From: a bacterium
GTDB lineage: Bacteria > Patescibacteriota > Saccharimonadia > Saccharimonadales > DATKHC01
Length of the DNA stretch: 64,000 nucleotides
Reading direction: 5' to 3'
Assembly: GCA_021781215.1 (NCBI GenBank)
Contig: JAJXXC010000002.1
Span: 16,274-80,273 of the forward strand
A program made the translations under genes and the position numbers. Positions 1 to 14,788 of the stretch are shown here, piece by piece (position 1 is the stretch's first letter; each line of letters begins with the position of its first letter). Below the pieces are notes generated by a model. It was not told the origin of the DNA and did not search any database. It saw only the letters and a program-made list of their open reading frames with translations.

Positions 1-282
1 TCTATATAAATTTTCCCGATGATTATCAGAACGTCTATTAATGTATATTTTTCCACAATTGAAGTATCTTTTTAGATCTTCGAGCGTGTTCAAACTCTTC
101 TCACCTTGAGTAACGACGAATTCTGGAAATACTTGTACTCCAGATTTAGTTGTTGAGTTTTTGAAAATACTTACAGAAAAGCATCCTTCACCATCAGCAA
201 AACCTACTATCCACCACGGATCTAATCTTCCCTGCTGATTGTCTGCACGAGGCTGATTGTCACTTGATGCATAATGATTCAT
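1..282 (-). CDS. LAGLIDADG homing endonuclease encoded inside the 23S rRNA intron. Partial: the C-terminus runs off the window start.
   Basis: Minus-strand translation from the ATG (reverse complement of 280-282) gives MNHYASSDNQPRADNQQGRLDPWWIVGFADGEGCFSVSIFKNSTTKSGVQVFPEFVVTQGEKSLNTLEDLKRYFNCGKIYINRRSDNHRENLYR. The GFADGEGCF block is the LAGLIDADG dodecapeptide. The following ...VTQ....L..L..YF pattern is typical of I-CreI-like single-motif enzymes. There is no stop before coordinate 1, so the ORF is absent from the ORF track. Confidence 0.8.
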   Translation of the reverse strand, partial: MNHYASSDNQPRADNQQGRLDPWWIVGFADGEGCFSVSIFKNSTTKSGVQVFPEFVVTQGEKSLNTLEDLKRYFNCGKIYINRRSDNHRENLYR

Positions 283-419
283 CTATGGAATCATCATACC
301 ATAGTACAGCTCGATACTCAGATATTCCAGCATATAGCCAAATTTTCTTCTTCAAACCTCTCCTTAGAGGAAAACAGAAGGGAGTCTTACACTCCACTAA
401 AGCAGCTTAATTCTCTACC
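1..419 (-). mobile_element. Intron (probably group I) interrupting 23S rRNA at or next to E. coli position U1931-G1933. Partial: continues past the window start.
   Basis: The conserved 23S helix-69/70 sequence CCGTAACTATAACGGTCCTAAGGTAG (reverse complement of 420-445) is followed by AGAATTAAGCTGC... rather than the expected CGAAATTCCTTGTCGGG. The insert carries the homing endonuclease ORF. The upstream exon ends in GGT(AG), consistent with a terminal exon U for group I P1 pairing. Confidence 0.6.
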
Positions 420-2440
<2,021 letters not shown>

Positions 2441-2774
2441 TATGCAATTGACTAACTGTTGCTACTTGCAACAGTTTTTTAATAATTTGTTACCGTTTGC
2501 CTTATTTATCTATTTCGAATTGTTAAGCTGCGAAACTCAAAGACTTTCCCAAAACAATTAATTCTGTCGTCTATAAAACTTGAGTTTACGTTTAAAGTTT
2601 AATACTTAGATTTAAGCTTCTTACTTAAACTCAAGGTGCTTTAGCAGTCTATCAACTTTAACAGAGGTTGTAAAGCATTTTATGAAGCTAAAATTACTAC
2701 GTTATAGCATCAGTTAGATGTGTAGTATTTTTAAATATTTTTATTTTATAGACCTATGTTTATCACAAATCTCT

Positions 2775-2851
2775 TGGTGGAGATGCAGGGATTCGAACCC
2801 TGGACCCCCTGCTTGCAAAGCAGGTGCTCTAACCAGCTGAGCTACATCCCC
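2775..2851 (-). tRNA. tRNA-Ala (anticodon TGC), spacer tRNA
   Basis: Reverse complement: GGGGATGTAGCTCAGCTGGTTAGAGCACCTGCTTTGCAAGCAGGGGGTCCAGGGTTCGAATCCCTGCATCTCCACCA. Cloverleaf with anticodon loop CTTGCAA. Confidence 0.9.
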
Positions 2852-2870
2852 AAGCTTTTAATTTGTAGAA

Positions 2871-2947
2871 TGGTGGGCTTGCCAGGACTTGAACCTGGGA
2901 CCTCGTCATTATCAGTGACGCGCTCTAACCAGCTGAGCTACAAGCCC
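2871..2947 (-). tRNA. tRNA-Ile (anticodon GAT), spacer tRNA
   Basis: Reverse complement: GGGCTTGTAGCTCAGCTGGTTAGAGCGCGTCACTGATAATGACGAGGTCCCAGGTTCAAGTCCTGGCAAGCCCACCA. Anticodon loop CTGATAA. Confidence 0.9.
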
Positions 2948-3205
2948 GAATCTTGATCAAATTGATCTTACATATTGTATACAGTAATTGTCTTAAGGTG
3001 CAAATAGTCTTTAAAAATAAACAGACGCCCATTTTAGGCGTCTGTTATTCTTTAAAAATCTATGTAGTGCAAACAACGTCATAATCTTATATCAAACATC
3101 AAACTTAATCTGTCACCGAAGTGCTAAAGATAACTACTAAGCTTATATTAGTTATCCAGATCGACCATAGCTCTCGATTGCTCGAGGCTTAGTATACTCC
3201 CTAGA

Positions 3206-4675
<1,470 letters not shown>

Positions 4676-4771
4676 AAAAAGAAAACTGACGTTGTATTGC
4701 ACTACATAAATTTTTAAAGTTCAATATCGGTTCAAGAGACACCTCAATTAGAGCCCCAAAAGACTCCGATA

Positions 4772-4801
4772 ATAGTACAGCCTTTTAACATCTCAAGTCA
4801 A
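4772..4801 (-). promoter_or_regulatory. Candidate sigma70-type rRNA operon promoter (TTGACT-18-TACTAT on the minus strand)
   Basis: Reverse complement of 4760-4805 reads cgcTTGACTtgagatgttaaaaggctgTACTATtatcgg, ~90 nt upstream of the 16S 5' end. Sequence inspection only. Confidence 0.3.
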
Positions 4802-4839
4802 GCGTTTTTATAGTTAAATTTTTTCTACAACAATATTTG

Positions 4840-7356
4840 CTAAATATCTTCAGAATCTTCACTGTCTTCAGGAGTAGTTGGCGCTATCGACATTGATGAT
4901 ACTTTATCGTTTTCATTAAGTCTCATAATTCTCACCCCCTGAGTGGCTCGGCTCATTTCCGGAATATCCTTCAGGCCCAGTCTAATGGTTTGGCCTGAAT
5001 TTGATATTAAAATTACTTCATGTTCTTCATCCTCAAGCGTAGCCACACCTATCAATTTACCAGTCTTAGAGTTAACAACAGCAGATCTAATTCCCACTCC
5101 CCCTCTGGCATGAGAAGTAAATTGTGCAACTTTAGTTCGTTTGCCATATCCTTGCTCACTTATAACGAATATATGTGAGTCTTCTTTAACTATATCCATT
5201 CCTATTACTTCGTCGCCAGCTCTGAGTCTAATGCCCCTTACGCCCCTAGATACTCTACCCATTGGTCTTGCATCTTTTTCGTGGAATCTGATAGCCTGTC
5301 CATTAGCCGTTGAAATTAAGATTTCGTTTTTGCCATTAGTCATACATACCCACCTTAATTCATCACCATCATCAAGATTAATCGCATTAATTCCAGATGC
5401 TCTAACATTTTGATACTGGCTAAACGGTGTCTTCTTCACAACACCCCTAACTGTACACATAATTAAGTTACCTTCGCTCTCAGGTGTTTTGCTAATATTT
5501 ACAACATAGCTTACTTTTTCTTCTGGCTGAAGCTGAAGCAGATTAACTAGTGCAATTCCCTTAGAGTTGAGATTGGTAGCAGGTATTTCATAAGTCTTAA
5601 GTCTAAATACCCTGCCCTTGTTGGTAAAGAACAGTAAGAAATCGTGAGTACTAGCATTCAGGAGCTTATCAACTGCATCCTCGTCTCTAGTAACCATACC
5701 CCTACGGCCCTTTCCACCTCGCCCCTGCTTCTTGTAGTCGGCGATTGGGCTCCGCTTTATGTAGTTGGCAACCGTTAGCGTAATTACTACTTGCTCATCT
5801 GGTACTAGATCTTCATCACTCATTTTACCTAGCTCATTTGGAATAATAAGCGTTCTTCTTTCATCGCCATACTTCTCTTTTAGCTCAAGCATTTCGTCGC
5901 GAATAATAGCCAAAATCTTTTTCTCATCTGCCAAAATTGACTCTAGCTGGCCAATTATTTTCAATAACTCATTCAACTCATCTTCTATTTTTTGTCTTTC
6001 TAGTCCCGCTAGACGGCGTAGTTGCATCTCCAATATAGCCTTAGCCTGAATTTCACTTAGTTTGAACTTAGATACTAAATTAACTTGCGCTTCTTCTGTA
6101 GTGTCACTAGATCTAATAACGGCGATGACCTCATCTATGTGATCAAGCGCAATCTTAAGACCTTCCAGTATATGAGCACGTTCCTTGGCTTTTCTTAGTT
6201 CATATTCAGTTCTTCTTCGAACAACTGACTGTCTGTGCTTAATGTGTTCTACGAGTATGTCTTGTAGTCCCAAAACTCTTGGTTGAATGCCGTCTATTAG
6301 CGCTAACATATTATAGTGGAATGTTCCCTGCAGTGGTGTTAGTTTAAATAATTGATTCAACAGTTTCTTAGGATAAGCGTCCTTCTTTAGATCAATTACA
6401 ATTTTTACATCACCCCTAGAACTCTCATCTCTAATATCACTAAGTCCAACAATTTTTTTATCTTTATATAGCTCATACATTTTTTCTAGTAGACTAGCTT
6501 TATTCAAACCATAAGGGATCTCGGTTATAATAATTTGACTTTTACCCCTGTCGTTTTCAACAATCTCTGCTACTCCCCTAACGACTACGCCTCCACGGCC
6601 AGTTGCATAGGCAGTTCGTAGTGAATCCTTGCCATAAACAACTCCTCCGGTTGGAAAATCTGGTCCCTTTAGGTGCACTAATAAATCGTCGAGCGTTGCT
6701 TCAGGATTATCTATCTGATGCACTGTCGCATCTACTAGCTCACTCAAGTTGTGCGGAGGCATGTTTGTTGCCATGCCAACAGCAATACCAAGCTGACCAT
6801 TTAATAGCAGGTTGGGCAACTTGGCTGGTAATACTGACGGCTCCTTGCGTTCACCATCATAAGTATCTATCCAATCCACGGTCTCCTTGTCAATATCAAC
6901 CAAAAGCTCTTCTGCAGCCTTCATCATTTTAGCTTCGGTGTATCGTTCGGCTGCTGGAGGATCTCCATCCATGGAACCAAAATTACCTTGACCATCAACA
7001 AGCATATATCGCATTGACCACGGCTGAGCCAATCTAACCATTGCATCGTATATAGCAACGTTACCATGAGGGTGGTATCTAGCCATTACCGTACCGGTCA
7101 CATTGGCGCTTTTTCTATATTTACCAGTTGGCCTAAGACCTTCTTCATGCATTGTATATAATATTCGTCTATGCACCGGTTTAAGACCGTCTCTGACGTC
7201 AGGCAAGGCACGTGCGACAATAACACTCATAGAGTAGGTTAAATAGCTGGACTCCATAATATCCTCTACACTACGAGGCTCTACGAGCCTTGAATGAGAT
7301 TGTTCTGGAGCTATAATCTCTACATCGTCTTGGTTTGGTTTGGCATCTTCTTCCAT
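4840..7356 (-). CDS. gyrA: DNA gyrase subunit A
   Basis: 838 aa. [26 protein letters not shown], the active-site Tyr region and C-terminal beta-pinwheel repeats. Acidic C-terminal tail. Confidence 0.97.
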   Translation of the reverse strand: [838 protein letters not shown]

Positions 7357-7357
7357 A

Positions 7358-9349
<1,992 letters not shown>

Positions 9350-9440
9350 TTAATTCTTACATCTATTATACATGATTTAACTACCTCTTCCAACCCTAAC
9401 TGAATAGATAGATAATACGCCTACAGCTGTTTACCAATAG

Positions 9441-12194
9441 CTATAAATCCTGTTTTATTACAGGACTATTATTGGCGCCGTCACCGTCTTCAACGACTGG
9501 TAAATTAGCACTAGTTGAAGAATTATTTCTTTGAATCTTAAATTCCTGCTCTTGTCGTGGCTGAACATTATCGTTTAAATTGCTGACGACACTGGATGTG
9601 CTCATGAAATTAGTATTGGTCGCAGGCGGCGTAAATTGTTTTCTTTTGGCCAACCATTCATCAAGAAAAGATGGAGTTGCTTTAGGCCTAGGAGACCCTA
9701 GCCCCTGGTCCTGCGTTGGCAACCCATTAAAAGGGTTGGGTGGTATTGGTGCTCCCAAAGTAGCCAACCGCTCTTCTATTTGTTGAGCAACTAAAGCCTT
9801 AGGACGACCATATTTTGTAGCCGATAATTGTTTTAATGCAACTATGAGTTCCTGGTTGGGGTCCTCTAACGGTGGAGGTACGCCCTCCATACTAAAAGCA
9901 TCGGTTGGCACACCATTGATTAATGTCCTGACAATACAATTATGGTTAGCAACCCTTAGTAAATCATCTTCATCGAATAGCGGTTGAAAATACTTTGCTA
10001 GTATCTGAACATCATTTTGGCCTACTCTAAATGATACAATCGTACCCATATTGCCGAATACTGCATCTCTAATTTCTTCTGACAGCTGTGTCGTAAATTG
10101 ATTAGCTACTATTAGGTTAAGCGCATATTTTCGAGCTTCTGACATTATCGTAGAGAAAGAATCAGTAGAAAAATTCTGAAACTCATCTACATACAAACAA
10201 AAATCCCTTCGATCCTTTTCCAGTATATCTGCTCTACTGAGTGCTGCCTCTTGAAACTTCATAACAAATATCATTCCGAGCAGCTGAGAGTTTAGTTCCC
10301 CGATTCTCCCTTTGCTAAGATTAACTATTAGTATTTTTCCTTCGTCCATTATTTTTCGCAAGTTAAATGAGCTTTTAGGTTGACCTATTATATTTCTCAT
10401 CATTTCGTTTTGCTGAAATGCGCCGAATTTACTTACAAACCAGCTCTTAAGTTCTCCAAAATCACTGGATCGTTCTGATTGGGGCACTTCCTTCTGCCAA
10501 AAATCTAAAACAGTTCTGTCTGTAACGTGTTTTAATTTTTGAGCCAAGAAATTCTTATCAATAAATAATTTTGGTATATCTATGAAAGTGCCTCCTTCCG
10601 GGTCAGCCATTACTGTCAGAGCTGCATTTCTAAACAAGTGTTGATATCTTGGACCAATAATGCCTTGATTGTGCGGATCATATAATTTCTCCAACATCTT
10701 AATGGCCTCTTGAATCAAAAAGTCTTTTCGGTCAGGGCTTTGAAATTCAAAAATATTAAGTCCTAGCGGAAACTCTGTCTCTGCTGGAGAAAAATAGATC
10801 ACATCTTCCGTTCTATGTTTAGGTACCATGGACAGTATTTCTTCCGCAACATCTCCGTGAGGATCTATAAATGCAAAACCTCGACCTGCATTCATATCTT
10901 GAAGCGCGAGATTTTTTAAAAATACGGATTTTCCGGTACCGGTCTGACCAACTACATAAATATGCCGTTGTCTATCAGGGAGACTGAGCATGACTGGTTT
11001 TTTTACACCTCTAAAAATATTATAACCAAGCAATAGGCCCGTTTCAGGCATATTCCTGGGTGCGTCTACTTGCTTAGAAGACTGTCTCTCAAGCTGTGCA
11101 GTAGGCGTATTTTCTCTATCGGGAAAGTGAAAAATAGTAGCTAGCTCCACTGAATTTAATATACTTTTATTATTCTCGGGTGGGAAAAATCTTAATATGT
11201 AGGCAGTAGTAAAGCTCTCCATGTCTCTAGACGGCGTATATTTAAAGCCATTCTTGCCGGGTGAGTCAAAAACCGCAAAACTAGCAACTAAATGGTTCAA
11301 AATAGCCTGAGATTTATCTAGCTTATCTGACGACGCCACTACTCTTATTAAAGACTCAAACCCTGGGTATTTAACCTTCTCTTCTATAGCATCGCTTATA
11401 GCCTGGTCGAGATTAGACGACTTGCTTTCGGATTTATCGCTTTTTTTATCAACTTCTGGATTAACCAGAATCTTATTTGCTATGGCTAGCGTTACGCCTA
11501 GTGCTGTCTTTTTCTTTTCACCACCCTTCCTTTTTGAGTTAGCATAATCAGACGCTGTTTTTCTCCAAGAAGTATTTGCTGGCCTAAGCAAGAACTGGAT
11601 TCCAGCCCCATCTTCCTTATCTAAGGAAGAAAATGAGTTTAAAATCGTTTGCATTGGGTCTCTTTTCAGCTCCTGATAAGTTGCTATTGGATATGCAAAT
11701 TGATTTTTTAATATTAGCTCGCCGCCCACAGTTGAACCTAACTTGCCGATTGGACTAAATAAATTATTATCCGGTACTTCTTCTAGCATAGAACTCGGGT
11801 AAGCACTTATGATTGCCTGTTTGACTATATCAACTAAGTCTATTGGGACTGATGCATAAAAATTAACAAAGCCCTTGGAGCCAATTATCTCAAAAGAGAA
11901 ATGTCTTTGCCCATAGATCCTTGACTTAAAATCAGTCTTTATAGTACTGGCAAGAATACTGTAAATGGTTTGTGCCTTTGAAATATTCTCGTCATCTACG
12001 TCCCTTATGTCTCTACCGTTAGATATGATGTCGTCACTAGATGGTGGTAGATTTATTAATAGAGTAACCATCTTTAAACCACGCTCATAGCTTTTTTGTT
12101 CACGAAGAATACGTCTAACTTGATAAAATATCACTGGTAGCAAAACAAAAACCACTAGGAGTACAAAGAACAGGTCTATGAATAAGGTCTGCAT
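9441..12194 (-). CDS. Membrane-anchored VirB4/VirD4-class (FtsK-HerA clade, AAA_10/TraG-like) P-loop ATPase
   Basis: 917 aa. N-terminal TM helix (FIDLFFVLLVVFVLLPVIFY) and a ~380-aa N-terminal domain. Walker A VVGQTGTGKS at ~aa 415, followed by FAFIDPHGD. Walker B CLYVDEFQNF. A conjugative-ATPase-like C-motif ANQFTTQL...VSFRVGQND. Low-complexity Pro-rich C-terminal tail. The Walker A position (~aa 415) favours a VirB4/TraC-type architecture over a T4CP. Confidence 0.6.
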   Translation of the reverse strand: MQTLFIDLFFVLLVVFVLLPVIFYQVRRILREQKSYERGLKMVTLLINLPPSSDDIISNGRDIRDVDDENISKAQTIYSILASTIKTDFKSRIYGQRHFSFEIIGSKGFVNFYASVPIDLVDIVKQAIISAYPSSMLEEVPDNNLFSPIGKLGSTVGGELILKNQFAYPIATYQELKRDPMQTILNSFSSLDKEDGAGIQFLLRPANTSWRKTASDYANSKRKGGEKKKTALGVTLAIANKILVNPEVDKKSDKSESKSSNLDQAISDAIEEKVKYPGFESLIRVVASSDKLDKSQAILNHLVASFAVFDSPGKNGFKYTPSRDMESFTTAYILRFFPPENNKSILNSVELATIFHFPDRENTPTAQLERQSSKQVDAPRNMPETGLLLGYNIFRGVKKPVMLSLPDRQRHIYVVGQTGTGKSVFLKNLALQDMNAGRGFAFIDPHGDVAEEILSMVPKHRTEDVIYFSPAETEFPLGLNIFEFQSPDRKDFLIQEAIKMLEKLYDPHNQGIIGPRYQHLFRNAALTVMADPEGGTFIDIPKLFIDKNFLAQKLKHVTDRTVLDFWQKEVPQSERSSDFGELKSWFVSKFGAFQQNEMMRNIIGQPKSSFNLRKIMDEGKILIVNLSKGRIGELNSQLLGMIFVMKFQEAALSRADILEKDRRDFCLYVDEFQNFSTDSFSTIMSEARKYALNLIVANQFTTQLSEEIRDAVFGNMGTIVSFRVGQNDVQILAKYFQPLFDEDDLLRVANHNCIVRTLINGVPTDAFSMEGVPPPLEDPNQELIVALKQLSATKYGRPKALVAQQIEERLATLGAPIPPNPFNGLPTQDQGLGSPRPKATPSFLDEWLAKRKQFTPPATNTNFMSTSSVVSNLNDNVQPRQEQEFKIQRNNSSTSANLPVVEDGDGANNSPVIKQDL

Positions 12195-12195
12195 A

Positions 12196-12633
12196 TCAGT
12201 GTTCGCTTATTAATTTATTAAAACGAGGGTTCATCTTGTATTGATTTTTGGCTTTTGCTAAGCTATCACTTTTCATATACGGATCACCTTGCGTATTATT
12301 TACGATTGCTCTAGCTCTATCAACCCAAATCCTCTCAAAATCTTTATCACTAAGCCTCGCCTCATCGTCTACATTAATTTTTTTACTAGCCTCTGCACTC
12401 CCCACATTATTGGCCAATGAATCATCTACGACCGGTGGTAAAACCGAGTCATCTGTAGATACTTGCTGAATAGAATTGAGGCTGGAAAAAATATTAGATG
12501 ATGACTGCTCCGCGGAGTGCTTAATTTTATCCGTATGGTCTTGTGGTGTCTCAGCCTGTTGCGGAAGTATTTCTTCAGGATGGCCCGATTGAATTTCAGG
12601 TGCCAGGCCTTCATTCTTTTTATATTGTTCCAT
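12196..12633 (-). CDS. Hypothetical acidic/disordered protein, translationally coupled to the downstream ATPase
   Basis: 145 aa, no TM segment, Ser/Asp/Glu-rich. Its stop codon is 1 nt from the ATPase start codon. Confidence 0.5.
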   Translation of the reverse strand: MEQYKKNEGLAPEIQSGHPEEILPQQAETPQDHTDKIKHSAEQSSSNIFSSLNSIQQVSTDDSVLPPVVDDSLANNVGSAEASKKINVDDEARLSDKDFERIWVDRARAIVNNTQGDPYMKSDSLAKAKNQYKMNPRFNKLISEH

Positions 12634-12705
12634 AATACGAATAATTATATTACATTTCTAACAATCGACCATTATGAAAAAATAATGTCATGAATATGAT
12701 AAGGT

Positions 12706-13083
12706 TTATTTCTTTTTTATAAAATCCACCCTAGAAAAATATATAGCTATTAATAGAAACAGCACGAGAGCCAAAGATACGTCTTTAAAAGTGAACTCGC
12801 CGATGGAAGCCATAACAAGTAACAAGACTGGTATGATCGAGTATCCGGCCGCAATAAACGCACTACTACCCATAGAATATGTTCTATTTGTAAAAATAGA
12901 TTTTTTTATTATCCAATAAAATATTAAAAAAAATATTAAAAAAACAGATATTATTGGCAATAGTAAGATTAGAACAGGTAAGTTCTTCGGATTGGTAAAA
13001 AGAATAAAATAGAATAAGGAGAGCAATGACAATAGGAAGGATACGAAGTATATAAGAGTGGGTTTATTTTTATTGATGCTCAT
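12706..13083 (-). CDS. Small polytopic membrane protein (3-4 TM helices), first gene of the ATPase operon
   Basis: 125 aa, almost entirely hydrophobic helices (FVSFLLSLLSLFYFILF, VLILLLPIISVFLIFFLIFYWII, IIPVLLLVMASIG, LALVLFLLIAIYF). It sits in the position VirB2/VirB3-like genes take upstream of VirB4. Confidence 0.5.
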   Translation of the reverse strand: MSINKNKPTLIYFVSFLLSLLSLFYFILFTNPKNLPVLILLLPIISVFLIFFLIFYWIIKKSIFTNRTYSMGSSAFIAAGYSIIPVLLLVMASIGEFTFKDVSLALVLFLLIAIYFSRVDFIKKK

Positions 13084-13782
13084 AACTCAAAATAATTGTT
13101 ACATACTAAAACAAAAAAACATACCTACTGGAGGTATGTCAGAAATGGTGTCTGGGCGATAAATCCGCTCTATATTAAAAATAAAATAGCGCTTATCACC
13201 CGAGACTTTGACTGGCTGCTCTCGTAAAACGAGAGCATATCGACACTATACATTTGTGCCATAGAAGTAAGTTTTTTGTCTTCAACTCACTATATAACAT
13301 TAGCATTATACTTTTTGCTTGTCAACTCATTATCGTTGCGATTCATACAATACTATACCTTAAAAAAGTTTATAGTAAGAGTACTACTTACTGTATTTTA
13401 ATGTTGTTATTATATCAATGATATTTATGAACACTAATATTTTAAAATGAACATTTTATGTACACCTATTATAAATTATATTATTTTCGTACACGCGGGA
13501 TAAGCCTTAGTCGTAATTATGTTTTTGATCAACCAAATACTATGAAATATCAATAAATTGATCTAAAGTATCCACACGGTGCATTTACCTATGTAATTTA
13601 ATACACCTACTGGTCAACAATAGTGTGTGAAAACTAATTTTTTTAGTGTCATGCCCAGACCTATTATTATTTGATTTATTATTTACGCAAAAAATCGTCT
13701 TACCATTTAGACTATGCTTGGGCTTTCTAACCGGATAATTTTAAAAAGAGGGTTTATGCACAGTTTTTTTAACATAATCGCG

Positions 13783-13812
13783 TTGACAAGCATATTTTTA
13801 ATACGCTAATAT
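13783..13812 (+). promoter_or_regulatory. Near-consensus sigma70 promoter (TTGACA-18-TAATAT), probably driving infC-rpmI-rplT
   Basis: cgTTGACAagcatatttttaatacgcTAATATagc. Followed by a ~270-nt structured leader with hairpins at ~13862-13889 (aacaacggctt/aagccgttgtt) and ~13931-13960 (ataataaccca/tgggttattat). Confidence 0.4.
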
Positions 13813-14087
13813 AGCTTTAGCACTTGAATAAATAAAGTGCTCAAAAACAAAAATGACCTCGTAACAACGGCTTATAAAAAAGCCGTTGTTCCTTAACAAA
13901 AAACTAAACGACAAATAAAAAAACAACAAAATAATAACCCACATAATGTGGGTTATTATAATTTATAACCCCCAGAACACTTAAGACTAGGAAAGTATTT
14001 TATATTGATTAAATTTTATACTTGAATATTAGCTGCATTATCTGTTATATTAATTCGAATAAAGATGGTTATTAAAGGAGAATATTC

Positions 14088-14615
14088 ATAGACAAGAACG
14101 TCCGCCTGAATGGAGCAATTCGGGCAACTACTCTACGCGTTATAGACGAAAACGGAGAACAGCTCGGGGTTCTATCCCGAAAAGAGGCTCTAGATTTAGC
14201 AGAACAACGCGAATTAGATTTAGTTGAAATTTCACCCAACGCGAATCCTCCTGTCGCTAAGATAGTTGACTGGGGTAAATTTAACTACCAAAGGATTAAG
14301 CAACAACAGAAGAACAGAAAAAATACTAAGATACTGGATCTTAAACAGATAAGGTTTGGTTTGAAAATTAGTGACCACGATCTTGGCGTTAAGCTAAGAA
14401 AAGCTAGTTCTTTTTTAGAGGCTGGTCATAAAGTTAAATTTACGATATTCTATAGAGGACGAGAATTAGCTCATAAGGAAATGGGCTTCAAGCTAGCAGA
14501 GAAAGTAATCATCTATTACGCAGATAAAGTGATAATAGACCAGCCTCCCCAGCTAGCAGGTAAACAATTAAATTTTGTAGCAAGGAGTAATAATGCCAAA
14601 ACTAAAGACGCATAG
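14088..14615 (+). CDS. infC: Translation initiation factor IF-3, probable non-AUG (AUA) start
   Basis: In-frame translation from 14088 gives IDKNVRLNGAIRATTLRVIDENGEQLGVLSRKEALDLAEQRELDLVEISPNANPPVAKIVDWGKFNYQ... continuous with ORF-track 14361..14615. An upstream in-frame stop lies at 14073-14075. SD AAAGGAG at 14074-14080. There is no in-frame ATG/GTG/TTG, so start is inferred at ATA 14088; the exact start codon is uncertain. Non-AUG infC starts are the classic IF-3 autoregulatory feature. Confidence 0.75.
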   Translation: MDKNVRLNGAIRATTLRVIDENGEQLGVLSRKEALDLAEQRELDLVEISPNANPPVAKIVDWGKFNYQRIKQQQKNRKNTKILDLKQIRFGLKISDHDLGVKLRKASSFLEAGHKVKFTIFYRGRELAHKEMGFKLAEKVIIYYADKVIIDQPPQLAGKQLNFVARSNNAKTKDA

Positions 14616-14787
14616 CGGAACAAAAGATAGAGTTAAGATTACCAAAAAAGGTAAACTACTAACAGAACATTCGATGACTAGCCATTTTCTTGAAAAGAAA
14701 TCTAAATCTAGAAAAAGAAAACTGTCCAAGTCAAACAGTGTTATTGGTAAAAATAAGAAGTCTATAAGACTACGGTTAGGAATTTAA
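14593..14787 (+). CDS. rpmI: 50S ribosomal protein L35
   Basis: MPKLKTHSGTKDRVKITKKGKLL...; overlaps the infC 3' end by 23 nt. Confidence 0.9.
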   Translation: MPKLKTHSGTKDRVKITKKGKLLTEHSMTSHFLEKKSKSRKRKLSKSNSVIGKNKKSIRLRLGI

Positions 14788-14788
14788 C

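Noticed and set aside
2756-2956. Plus-strand ORF 2756..2956
   Set aside because: It spans the reverse complements of tRNA-Ala and tRNA-Ile.
12426-12614. ORF 12426..12614 (-) and 12248..12469 (+)
   Set aside because: They are nested in alternate frames inside the 145-aa gene 12196..12633. No independent signals.
13084-14087. Possible oriC in the 1-kb AT-rich gap near gyrB
   Set aside because: Only one good DnaA-box-like 9-mer (GTATCCACA at 13568-13576). No dnaA/dnaN nearby. Gene-strand polarity to the right of the region (mostly minus) does not flip as expected at an origin. A promoter/leader region is the simpler explanation.
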